From an uncultured Verrucomicrobiae bacterium (GTDB taxonomy: Bacteria; Verrucomicrobiota; Verrucomicrobiia; Chthoniobacterales; JAFAMB01), in assembly GCA_963762565.1 (NCBI GenBank), contig CAVXLD010000007.1, positions 256,001-320,000 on the forward strand: 64,000 bases of DNA. Direction: 5' to 3'. Below, in pieces: positions 18,253 to 27,567 of this stretch. The notes beneath the pieces were generated by a model. That model ran no database searches and was not told where the DNA came from. It saw nothing but the letters and a program-made list of their open reading frames with translations. The translations under genes were made by a program, and so were the position numbers. Each line of letters opens with the position of its first letter. The stretch's first letter is position 1.

Positions 18253-21057
18253 TTACAGCGACCGAACGGCTCGCTCCTGATGAGCTAGAGCAGCCAGGAC
18301 AGCGTCTAGCACGGAGTCCAGGCGTTTCCCCAAATCTGTCGCTAGGAATCGCAGCACAAAGTAATTGCTCTGTTGTAGCAACGCGTCTTTTCGTCGATCA
18401 CGACGGTAGGCTTCTGGGTCGCTCAAGTGCTGGTCACCGTCTAGTTCGATGATTAGGCGTGCATCGGTGCATAGCAGGTCGACTTCCATCCGGCCCCATT
18501 CATCGAAAGGAATCGGTAGTTCAGCGTTCAGTCGGAAGCGGCCACTTGTTTCCGGTAAAGTTTCTAAACGGCGATAGAAGAAAGCCTCGCTTGCGCTCCT
18601 TGCGCGGGCGGCTCCTTCGGTGTCAGGGGAAAACGAACGCGCGGCGTGCAGGAAAAGGTTTCCCAGCGGGAAATCGACGCCATCCCGAACCAGTCGCCGG
18701 ACACTGCCAGCGTAATCGTTCTTCCAAAGCGGGTCAGCGGGCAACGGAACTTCTACCGGCCATCCGGGCACGGCGCTAGCAGGGAGCATTAGCGTGTAGC
18801 CGAGCGCTTCGTATCCGTGGCATCGCCGGTCAAACATCCGCGAAAGCATCGGTACGTTCAGGTCAGCGTAATCATACACTCGGACTTCTCGTTTTCCTTC
18901 GTGAAGGCGGTGAAGCCGGCCGACATACTGTGCGATCGTCCCTTGCCAGGAAACGGGAAGCGTCAGGAATAGAGTATCCAACCGAGGATCATCGAAGCCT
19001 TCGCCAATGTATCTTCCGGTTGCAAGAATTGGACACTTTGTGGACCCTGAAGACTCCGCTAGACGAGCACGAGCCTCGCGTAAGGCTTTCTGGCCAATAC
19101 CCCCATGCAACACGATCATGTCAGAAACCCGTTTCGATAACCTTTTGGCCAATTGGTGTAGATGCTCGACTCGCTCCGTGAGCACCAACGGCGAGCGGCC
19201 TTCACTCAAAGCGATCAATATGTCCGCGCAAATCATGTCGTTTCGGGTGTCGTCGTTTCGTAAAGCCTCGTAAAGCATTTGAAACTGCATACGGGGATCA
19301 TCTTCAGGCGGACTCGTTGAGTGGAATCCTGTGGGTCGAACTATGACTTCGTGTGCGAAAGGGCGGGTCGCCGCTTGGCGTTTCGCGTCCACCGATACCG
19401 CAAAGGTCCGCACTGCATGAAGATGATAGGATGATGGCCGTCCTTACGAGTGGTCGTTGCCGATAGACCGAGGACAAATCGTGCTTTGGCCTTGCGAGCA
19501 ACAAGCTCAAAGCTTCTCGCCGAGAGATGATGGCACTCATCGACTATCACGTGCCCATAGGTCTGGATCCGATCGTCTACAATGCCTTTGCGTATCAAGC
19601 TCTGGATGAGTCCAACATCCAATACGCCGGTAAGTTTTTTCTTCCCACCTCCCAAACGGCCGATCGTCTTAGTCGGTACATCAAGAAAAGCTGAGAGACG
19701 CTCAATCCACTGTTCGAGAAGTTGCTGTCGATGAACCAGAATCAAAGTGTTTACGCGACGCTGAGCAATGAGCCATGCTGCGACGACCGTTTTACCGAAG
19801 GCCGTTGTTGCTGCCAAAACCCCGATATCATGCGATAGAATGGCGCTGGCAGCAGCCTGTTGTTCGGATCGCAGCGTACCGTTGAACGAGATGTCAAGCT
19901 GACTGCCAAGGCAACGCTCGTCTCGACGCATTACCTTGATTTTGAGTCTCTCAAGAAGCTTCTGCACTTCCTCAAGGCACCCTCGGGGCAACGCTATATA
20001 TCGCGGATGCTCCTCCGCGCAGTAGATGACTCGCGGTTTATCATAAGTCGGTAGCCGCATCGACTGTGCCTGGTAGAACTCTGGGTTCTGAAACGCTGCC
20101 AAACGGAGCAGCCGATTATGAAGTGCAGCCGGCAGGTTTTGTCGACCGATATAAACTTGATCGGCGAGTACCAATTCTAAAGTCTCAGGCAGTGGATCCA
20201 GAATAGGTGGTTCATACTGGTACGACGGTTGTGCGTTCCAGGGTTTCTGATCATTCTCGTCGGTTATAGCGAGTCGCACGCCGACCACTCGCCCAGCCTT
20301 TTCTGCTTCGTGGACCAGGGCTTCAATTTGGTACCTGCTGATCCGTGGGACAGACGAAAGGAACGCCCATTGGTCCGCGTAGGCCTTAAATTCGTCATCC
20401 ACAAAAATGGTATTCCCCTGCTGTCGAGGCCGCTTTTGTAACGGCAACGCGATTAAGTTCCCAAATCCGCCTTTTGGCAACGTGTCTTGATTCGGAAAGA
20501 AACGATCGTAGGAATCGAGCCCGAGCTCGGTCGTCGCTCCATTGTTTCGGTCAAAAGGTACGAGCCGACCTTGCGCGCTAGGCTAGCTGGAATCGCTTCC
20601 TGAAAGAAAAGCCAAGTGTGGCCTCCGTTGCCGGAACGTGACCGCTCCAACGCCGGTGAAAGACCAAGTTGATGGCAGACTTCAACAAAAGCAGCAGTGT
20701 CCACCTGCCAGTCTTGCTTGTCGAAATCGATGGCTAGGAAATGACAGGTTCGTCCTGCAGCATCGGGTAAACGCCCATCACGAACTCTTGTCCTCGCTCA
20801 CTCCGGCCAGAAAGATGCCAACGAATTGCTTCGTCGGTTACGGGTAGAAAGCAGCGAAAAGTGCAATTCGTGCATTTAATTCTGGGTTTCTCGCAGACGC
20901 CCGGCACCCACTCATTGCCGCAGGCCGGAGAGTAACCAACCTTCCCGGTCTTACGACTCTGAAATCGAACGGGATAAACATCCGACCTTCCTCGGAACAT
21001 TGATCGAAACAACGCGATCTTGATAGCAGGGGGCGATTCCTGATTGATCATCTCCAT
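18253..21057 (-). CDS. TOTE-type AEP primase domain + SF2 (DEAD/DEAH) helicase + DUF559 endonuclease fusion, split by three -1 frameshifts
   Basis: KIALFRSMFRGRSDVY, GYSPACGNEW, FLAIDFDK, ERSRSGNGGH and GFGNLIALPLQ; ATTAFGKT, DECHH, GLSAT and QYVGRLHR; EVDLL..IELDGDQH..RDRRKD..VLRF. Breaks at ~20745, ~20525 and ~19392 are each fixed by adding one base to a homopolymer. Confidence 0.85.
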
Positions 21058-21357
21058 AATTGGATAAGGAGCGCCGGGCGTTTGAACACCGGCTCTGACC
21101 GGAGCTTAAATCCTTGCATCCGTTTAGAGGATGCACAAGTCGCTATTATAACGCATTGATTTTCTGTATGATTCGGTCACACGGTAAATTCATTCTGCCG
21201 CCGCCGAGTCCGGGGACTTACGGTCGGGTCGCACCTCTGGAGATCGCCAAGCGGTTCAAAAAATTCCGCAACAAGGCCACGAAGGTCCTAGTTAGACGAT
21301 TCTTCTTGGTGGCCTTTGCACCCTTGCTATGAAAAGGTGTTCGGACTCAATTCTTTG

Positions 21358-22116
21358 ATGCCCAATTTTGATAAGGTTGCGTTGGTAACCGGCGCGGGAA
21401 GCGGGATCGGACGGGCGGTGGTGATTGCCCTGTTGGGGGCCGGTTACCAGGTGGTGCTTGCCGGCCGACGAAAAGAAGCGCTCGATGAGACGCTGGCTCT
21501 GGCTAAGGCAAATAAGACCAGTTCGCTGGCTGTTCCGACCGATGTGACCGATCCCGCTTCGGTTCGAGATCTGTTTGTGCAGACGGAACAGACATTTGGT
21601 CGATTGGACGTTCTGTTCAATAATGCCGGAGTTGGTATTCCCGCCGCTGAACTTGAGGACGTGACCTATGAGCAGTGGCAACGGGTGGTTCAGACTAACC
21701 TAAGCGGACCGTTTCTTTGCACCCAGGAAGCGTTTCGGCTGATGAAACGACAAGTGCCCCAAGGCGGCCGCATCATCAACAATGGTTCGATTTCGGCGCA
21801 TGCACCTCGTCCGAATTCGGCGCCCTACACAGCAACCAAACATGCGATAACCGGGCTGACCAAGTCGAGCTCGCTCGACGGCCGGAAGTACAACATTGCC
21901 TGCGGCCAGATCGATATCGGAAACGCAGCGACAGACATGGCAATGAAGATAGGGCAAGGTGCGGTTCAAGCCGATGGATCGGTTCGGGCCGAACCTTTGA
22001 TGGATGTCTCGGCGGTGGCGGACGCCGTACTTTACATGGCAAGTTTACCACTCGATGCCAACGTTCAGTTCATGACAGTGATGGCGACAAGAATGCCATT
22101 TATTGGACGAGGCTAA
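21358..22116 (+). CDS. SDR family oxidoreductase
   Basis: [12 protein letters not shown] and YTATK (YxxxK). Confidence 0.93.
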   Translation: MPNFDKVALVTGAGSGIGRAVVIALLGAGYQVVLAGRRKEALDETLALAKANKTSSLAVPTDVTDPASVRDLFVQTEQTFGRLDVLFNNAGVGIPAAELEDVTYEQWQRVVQTNLSGPFLCTQEAFRLMKRQVPQGGRIINNGSISAHAPRPNSAPYTATKHAITGLTKSSSLDGRKYNIACGQIDIGNAATDMAMKIGQGAVQADGSVRAEPLMDVSAVADAVLYMASLPLDANVQFMTVMATRMPFIGRG

Positions 22117-22203
22117 GGGGGCTTTGCCAGTAGACTCGCCCGGCTCACAAGGCGTCTTCGTTCTCGTCCTGCAAAGGAACATGAGGGCGCATGCCCAACG
22201 CCC

Positions 22204-22409
22204 GGAGGGGAGCCGCTTTATCAGTAGGCAGCTCTATGATGTGGCAGCAAGCGGCTCCCGAGAACGGCCTCAGGATTATGCAGCTCTATTGCCAAGGGTA
22301 TCGGTCAGCTTGGGACAGAGCCGCAGGGCAAAAATTTACGCTGGGTTATTCCCGGGAGCCGCCTGCTGCCAACCGATAGAGCTGCCACGCTACAAAGCGG
22401 CTCCCCTCC
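22204..22409. repeat. Long imperfect inverted repeat (~60-bp arms)
   Basis: GGAGGGGAGCCGCTTT..GGCAGCTCTAT..GGCAGCAAGCGGCTCCCG versus CGGGAGCCGCCTGCTGCC..ATAGAGCTGCC..AAAGCGGCTCCCCTCC. Confidence 0.8.
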
Positions 22410-22445
22410 AAGCGGGCGCGTGGCGCCCACTTTCTTTCAATTCGC

Positions 22446-22557
22446 CCTTTAAATAGACGCGGAAGCGTCTATTTAAAGGTTATAGCCCGCAATCAGCCGG
22501 TTGTTGTGGCGGGCGCGGTTTTAGGGTACGCCAAAACAACCGGCTGATTGCGGGCTA
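22446..22557. repeat. Two adjacent hairpins with perfect stems (15 bp with GGAA loop; 23 bp)
   Basis: CCTTTAAATAGACGC-GGAA-GCGTCTATTTAAAGG; TAGCCCGCAATCAGCCGGTTGTT ... AACAACCGGCTGATTGCGGGCTA. Confidence 0.85.
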
Positions 22558-22563
22558 GTTCTT

Positions 22564-23562
22564 ATGAGATATCGAACGCTTGGAAATTCAGGAATTGAAG
22601 CATCAGTGGTCGGTTTCGGGGCATGGGCGCTAGGAGGCTGGATGTGGGGAGGAACTGACCAGAACGATCCAGTGGGAGCGATCCATGCCGCGATCGATCA
22701 TGGCATTAATCTGATCGACACGGCGCCAATGTATGGTTATGGCCATTCAGAAAGCGTGGTGGGAGAAGCGATCAAGGACCGGCGTGACCACGTGGTTTTG
22801 GCTACTAAGTGCGGCTTAAATTGGTGGAGCGAAGAGGGAGACAAATTCTTCGAAGGCGATGAGCACGGGCGTGCTCAAGATGAAGTGAAGTATAACGTCT
22901 ACAAGAACCTTCGGCCGAAAGAGATCCGGTACGAGGTTGAACAGAGCCTGAAGCGATTACAGACGGATCGGATCGATCTTTATCAGACCCATTGGCAAGA
23001 CCCGAGTACGGCGACCGAGGACGCCATGGCGGAACTGGTGCGGCTAAAGGAAGAAGGCAAGATCCGGGCGATTGGATGTTCGAATGCAACACCCGAACAG
23101 ATGCGGCGTTATCTGTCTGTCGGCCAATTGGACACCGATCAGGAACAGTATTCCATGCTACAGCGGCAACATGAGCCGACCAACTTGGCGTTCTGTGCAG
23201 AAAACAATATCGCGTTTCTGGCTTACTCACCGTTGGCGCTGGGAATCCTGAGCGGGAAAATCGATGCCAATCGTCAATTCAATCGAGGTGATGTGCGTTT
23301 GGCCAACCCCTGGTACCAACCGGAGAACCGCCCGAAGGTTGATCAATTGTTAAAAGAGATACAAGCTGTCGCCGACGAAAAAGGAGCGACAATTTCTCAG
23401 GTCGTAATCGCCTGGACTGTATCGCAGCCTGGATGCACACACGCTCTGGTAGGGGCGCGTACCGCCGACCAAGCGATCGCGAATGCCAAAGCCGGCCAAA
23501 TCGAGTTAACGCCGGCGAACCTGAAGGCGTTGAGAAACGCGGTTGAGGCGCTGGAGGCGTGA
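22564..23562 (+). CDS. Aldo/keto reductase
   Basis: GFGAWALGG, DTAPMYG, ATKCG, SLKRLQTDRIDLYQTHW and AYSPLALG. Confidence 0.94.
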   Translation: MRYRTLGNSGIEASVVGFGAWALGGWMWGGTDQNDPVGAIHAAIDHGINLIDTAPMYGYGHSESVVGEAIKDRRDHVVLATKCGLNWWSEEGDKFFEGDEHGRAQDEVKYNVYKNLRPKEIRYEVEQSLKRLQTDRIDLYQTHWQDPSTATEDAMAELVRLKEEGKIRAIGCSNATPEQMRRYLSVGQLDTDQEQYSMLQRQHEPTNLAFCAENNIAFLAYSPLALGILSGKIDANRQFNRGDVRLANPWYQPENRPKVDQLLKEIQAVADEKGATISQVVIAWTVSQPGCTHALVGARTADQAIANAKAGQIELTPANLKALRNAVEALEA

Positions 23563-23585
23563 GAGGTGAAAGGTGACGCGACCGT

Positions 23586-23927
23586 GGAGCGCGCCTTGCT
23601 TGCAAGGCCGAAAGCGGTTGGCACCGTGGAGCGTTGCCTCGCTTCCGCCTTCGCCAAGCCTACGGCGCGACAGGTGCGAGGCCGTGGTGCGCGTCAACAT
23701 AAGCGGTCGGGGAGCCCCCTGACGGGGAGGGCGCGCGTCCCCGCGCGCTGCGAAAGCGTTCTCGAAGCCAACGGTGTATTTATCGTCCTTGATTAGGGTA
23801 CGCTGTGGGCTTCGCGAACGGCGGATCGCGAGGACGCGATCCCTCCCAGCTGTGCACGCGCTGCTCACCACGGCCTCGCACCTGTCGGGCCGTAGGCTTG
23901 GCGAAGGCGCAAGCGAGGCAGCGCTCC
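23586..23927. repeat. Composite REP element: family A arms each carrying a 31-nt family C insert and enclosing a family B pair
   Basis: Left arm GGAGCGTTGCCTCGCTT[CCGCCTTCGCCAAGCCTACGGCGCGACAGGT]GCGAGGCCGTGG; right arm CCACGGCCTCGCA[CCTGTCGGGCCGTAGGCTTGGCGAAGGCGCA]AGCGAGGCAGCGCTCC; an extra degenerate A unit at 23586. Confidence 0.85.
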
Positions 23928-23977
23928 AGGGGTGCCCCTCCTAGATTCTAGCTCCTAGCTCCTGTATTCTGTTTCGC

Positions 23978-24979
23978 ATGTCTCTTCCGATCATTGGCAT
24001 TACCATGGGCGATCCAGCGGGGGTCGGGCCGGAGGTAATTATCAAAGCCTTGGCCCATGATAGCCAGTATGAAATATGCCTGCCGCTGGTGATCGGAGAC
24101 GCTAAGCGTTTGGCGCTTGCCGCCGGGATCGTGAAGTCATCGAAACCCATCCGCTCCATTTCCGGATTGGAAGAAGCGAGATTTCATCATTCGGAAATCG
24201 AGTGTCTCGACTTGAGTCTGGTTCCGGAGAGAACGTCCTTTGGCCAGTTATCCGCGGCCTGCGGGGAAGCAGCGTTTCGTTTTCTGGAGAGAGCGATCAA
24301 ACTGGCATTGGAAGGCGGCATTGATGCCATCTGCACGGCGCCATTGAATAAAGAAGCGCTCCATCTAGCCGGGCATTATTATCCCGGACATACCGAGATT
24401 TTGGCGGAGCTCACCCGGACCCAAGAAGTGTCTTTAATGTTAGTGGGTCCAAAGCTCAAAATCATCCATGTCACCGCGCACGTTGGTCTAGCAGAGGCGA
24501 TTCGCCGGATCGACACGGGGTTAGTGGAACGGACGATCACGCGAGGTCGTGAAATGTTGTTAAGTGACGGCGAGCCACGCATCGGTGTTTGCGGGATCAA
24601 TCCGCATGCAGGCGAGAACGGGATTTTCGGTGAAGGCGAGGAGGAAGAGAAGATCGTCCCAGCGGTCGAGAGCTGCAGGAAAAAGGGGTGGTTAGTACAG
24701 GGGCCGCTTCCGGCCGATACGCTTTTCTATTTAGCGGCGTCCGGGCGCTTTGATTTGGTTGTGGCGATGTATCACGATCAAGGTCACGGCCCCTTTAAGG
24801 TGTTGGGTATAGAAGATGGGGTTAACGTGACGGCCGGTTTACCAATCGTGCGTACTTCGGTTGATCACGGTACCGCGTTTGATATCGCCGGGACGGGTAA
24901 GGCGGATGAGGGGAGTATGTTAGCCGCTCTGAAGTTAGCGGCAGAGTTGGTGAAGGGGAAAGTGAGAAGTGAGAAGTGA
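23978..24979 (+). CDS. pdxA: 4-hydroxythreonine-4-phosphate dehydrogenase PdxA family (possibly PdxA2)
   Basis: ITMGDPAGVGPE, TAPLNKEAL, PGHTE, NPHAGE, MYHDQG and RTSVDHGTAFDIAG. Confidence 0.93.
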   Translation: MSLPIIGITMGDPAGVGPEVIIKALAHDSQYEICLPLVIGDAKRLALAAGIVKSSKPIRSISGLEEARFHHSEIECLDLSLVPERTSFGQLSAACGEAAFRFLERAIKLALEGGIDAICTAPLNKEALHLAGHYYPGHTEILAELTRTQEVSLMLVGPKLKIIHVTAHVGLAEAIRRIDTGLVERTITRGREMLLSDGEPRIGVCGINPHAGENGIFGEGEEEEKIVPAVESCRKKGWLVQGPLPADTLFYLAASGRFDLVVAMYHDQGHGPFKVLGIEDGVNVTAGLPIVRTSVDHGTAFDIAGTGKADEGSMLAALKLAAELVKGKVRSEK

Positions 24980-25015
24980 TTGGTGAGAGGTGAGAGGTGG
25001 GCGGTCGGAGACCGT

Positions 25016-25346
25016 GGAGCGCTGCCTCGCTTGCGAGGCCGTGGTGAGCGGGGCGAGATTGTTATGCACGTTCTTTTGTCTAACTGCGCTCTGTAGGGAC
25101 TCGATCGGGGATTGGGAGCGCAATTCAATCGTGTAAGCCCGACGGCCCCACAAAATGTCGGGTGCGTCTAGGGTGATCAACGATAGAGCCGGCACTAAGA
25201 AAGGCCTCACGCGAACGATATCTCCCTGTTTACCACGGCCTCGCAAGCGAGGCAGCGCTCCACGGTGCCGACCGCTACGGCCTCGCAAGCGAGGCAACGC
25301 TCCACGGTGCCGACCGCTACGGCCTCGCAAGCGAGGCAACGCTCCA
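25016..25346. repeat. 246-bp family A REPIN-like element followed by two more tandem A units
   Basis: Inverted pair spanning 25016-25261; the unit CGGCCTCGCAAGCGAGGCARCGCTCCACGGTGCCGACCGCTA repeats to 25346. Confidence 0.88.
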
Positions 25347-25363
25347 CTTAATCATCCCTGCCG

Positions 25364-25394
25364 ATAGCCGTTCAAGCCTTGAAAATAGCCGTTC
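25364..25394 (+). promoter_or_regulatory. LytTR-type direct-repeat binding site
   Basis: ATAGCCGTTC at 25364 and 25385 (21-bp period), just upstream of a LytS/LytTR operon; the CCGTTC core matches the AlgR box. Confidence 0.7.
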
Positions 25395-25445
25395 CTTTAT
25401 CTTTTATCAGAATGAAGGTGCTTTCGGCGGGATCATTGGGCAAGG

Positions 25446-26627
25446 TTGTTGAACTCGATAACAATAGCGGAAGTGGATCTGAACAAGCCAGATGTTCGCA
25501 CCCCAAGGCCGAGCGTTCTTTGGATCGTTTTCGGCCATAGGACCTACTGGTTTGGGCAGCTGGCGGCGTGGTCTGGGATTTGGCTGTTGTTTTGCGCGAT
25601 CTTCGTCTCCGCGTTATCCGATATCAGGACGACCTTTTTTCTGGTCGATCAGGCTTTTTTCTGTGTTCTAGGTTTGGTCGCGACCCATTTACTGCGGGCG
25701 ATTTTCTTCTTCCTGCATTGGGATCGTCTGGGGGTGGTTTCTCAGTTGCCCCGGTTGCTTATGGTGATCTTTGTACTGAGCGCCGGTGAGTCATGGACGT
25801 TCACTTCGTTCCGGCCGCCGCTTCATCACGAAGTGTCGGCTCGAATCGTTCCTCACCCGCAACCGCTAGGCTCGAGAATGCGCCGGAGTGAAAATGCCGA
25901 GACTCCATTTCCTGTGATGGCCAGGTTCTCATTCGAGTTCGCGAAGACCCTGCTGACCCTGTTTGCCTGGGCCGCCATCTATTTTGGTTACCGGTTACAA
26001 CAAATGCTGAAGACGGCGCAGCTCGACCGGCTGCGTTTGGATGCCGCGGTTAAAGAGTCCGAGTTAAAGGCGTTACGCAGTCAGGTAAATCCCCATTTTC
26101 TCTTTAACAGCTTGAATACGATCCGGGCACTGATCGATGAGGACCGGCTCAAGGCGCGGGAGGGGATTACTCGATTGGCGGAATTGTTTCGTGCCTCTTT
26201 GCGGAGCTCTGAGGTGGACACGGTATCGCTCCGGACGGAACTGCAGACGGTGAACGCCTATCTGGCGCTGGAAAAATTGCGATTCGAAGATCGTTTACAA
26301 ATAAACATGGACATCGATCCGAAAGCCACGGACATGTCGATCCCGCCGTTCGTGTTGCAGACGTTGATTGAGAACGCTTTCAAACACGGGATTTACCCCC
26401 AATCAGCGGGCGGAGTTATTACTTGTGTGATTCGCTCAACTCCCGCCGGAATGAACGTTTCGGTGACTAATCCGGGCAGGTTGCCATCGGAGGAAAAGTA
26501 CAGGGAAAGCGGGATCGCGAATGCGCGAGGCAGACTTAAACTGATTTATGGCGCCAATGCGACACTGGACATCTTCCAGGATGAACCAAAATTGGTGACG
26601 GTTAAGATGTTTCTACCCCAGACGTGA
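25446..26627 (+). CDS. LytS/YehU-type sensor histidine kinase
   Basis: N-terminal TM helices; ELKALRSQVNPHFLFNSLN, LEKLRFEDRL and LQTLIENAFKHG. Confidence 0.92.
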   Translation: MLNSITIAEVDLNKPDVRTPRPSVLWIVFGHRTYWFGQLAAWSGIWLLFCAIFVSALSDIRTTFFLVDQAFFCVLGLVATHLLRAIFFFLHWDRLGVVSQLPRLLMVIFVLSAGESWTFTSFRPPLHHEVSARIVPHPQPLGSRMRRSENAETPFPVMARFSFEFAKTLLTLFAWAAIYFGYRLQQMLKTAQLDRLRLDAAVKESELKALRSQVNPHFLFNSLNTIRALIDEDRLKAREGITRLAELFRASLRSSEVDTVSLRTELQTVNAYLALEKLRFEDRLQINMDIDPKATDMSIPPFVLQTLIENAFKHGIYPQSAGGVITCVIRSTPAGMNVSVTNPGRLPSEEKYRESGIANARGRLKLIYGANATLDIFQDEPKLVTVKMFLPQT

Positions 26628-26633
26628 GTAATT

Positions 26634-27344
26634 ATGAAGGCGCTGATAATTGATGATGAACGACTGGCGCGGGCGGAAGTCCGGCGCCTCTTGGCCGATT
26701 TTACCTGGGTAAAAGTTGTGGGTGAAGCGGAGAACGCGGAGCAAGCGCTGGCGTTAATTCAGTCACAGCAGCCGGATCTGCTGTTTTTGGATGTCCAAAT
26801 GCCGGGTAAAACCGGGTTCGACTTAATCGAGGAGATACGCGGAGATCTGCCCCGGATTATCTTCACCACTGCGTATGACGAGTTCGCCTTGAGAGCGTTC
26901 GAGGTGAATGCGCTCGATTACCTAATGAAACCGATTACCCCGGACCGTTTTGCCGCGGCGTTAGCTCGAGCGCGCGAGGAACCGCTCGGACCGGCGAACC
27001 AATCTCCATTGCGCTCTTCTGATCAGGTGTTCGTCCGCGATGGGGAGCGTTGCTGGTTTATTCCGGTCAGCAAGATCCGTCTGTTAGAATCAGAAGGTAA
27101 CTACACGCGGGTCCGATTCGAGAACCAGTCGCCCCTGATCTATCGGTCGCTCAGCACGCTCGAGCAACGCTTACCCGCCGACGATTTCTTCCGGATTAAC
27201 CGGCAACAGGTTGCTAACTTACACTTCATCGAAAAAATCGAGACCTGGTTCAGCCATGGTTTGAAGATTTGGCTGAAAGGCGGCGAGGAGTGCGAAGTGT
27301 CGCGAAGGGCGGCTAGGGCGTTCCGGCAGAAGCTTAGCCTTTAG
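26634..27344 (+). CDS. LytR/AlgR family response regulator
   Basis: REC domain (IDDE, DVQMP, TTAY, LMKP) plus LytTR domain (ESEGNY, FFRINRQ). Confidence 0.94.
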   Translation: MKALIIDDERLARAEVRRLLADFTWVKVVGEAENAEQALALIQSQQPDLLFLDVQMPGKTGFDLIEEIRGDLPRIIFTTAYDEFALRAFEVNALDYLMKPITPDRFAAALARAREEPLGPANQSPLRSSDQVFVRDGERCWFIPVSKIRLLESEGNYTRVRFENQSPLIYRSLSTLEQRLPADDFFRINRQQVANLHFIEKIETWFSHGLKIWLKGGEECEVSRRAARAFRQKLSL

Positions 27345-27567
27345 GGAAGCGTGGGCGATTAGTGGAGCCCGGCGTTATTCTAGGTCGGACGGCGGAAGCG
27401 AGTTTTCAGAATGGGGTATCCACTTTCCGATTTTTTTTGACGGTATGTACGTGGAAACTCCGGAGAAGTTTCGCGCAGAGCATATTCCGCTATTGATCCA
27501 CATCGTTCTGTGGGCTTAGAGTCAGGTTAGCTTTTAATAACGCTAGGTTGTTCATCCCCCGGCAGCC

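Noticed and set aside
18253..21057. Programmed frameshifting in the primase-helicase gene
   Set aside because: I saw no slippery heptamers, and the same one-base homopolymer loss recurs in unrelated genes (pfkA, the toxin), which points to sequencing error.
25229..25346. Three palindromic tandem repeats resembling a mini-CRISPR
   Set aside because: The intervening sequences are short and identical, the unit is the dispersed family A REP, and no cas genes are present.
23397..25367. Short ORFs over intergenic repeats (e.g. 23566..23796, 24935..25339, 25155..25367)
   Set aside because: These are Arg/Pro-rich translations of REP elements or antisense shadows with no protein-family signal.
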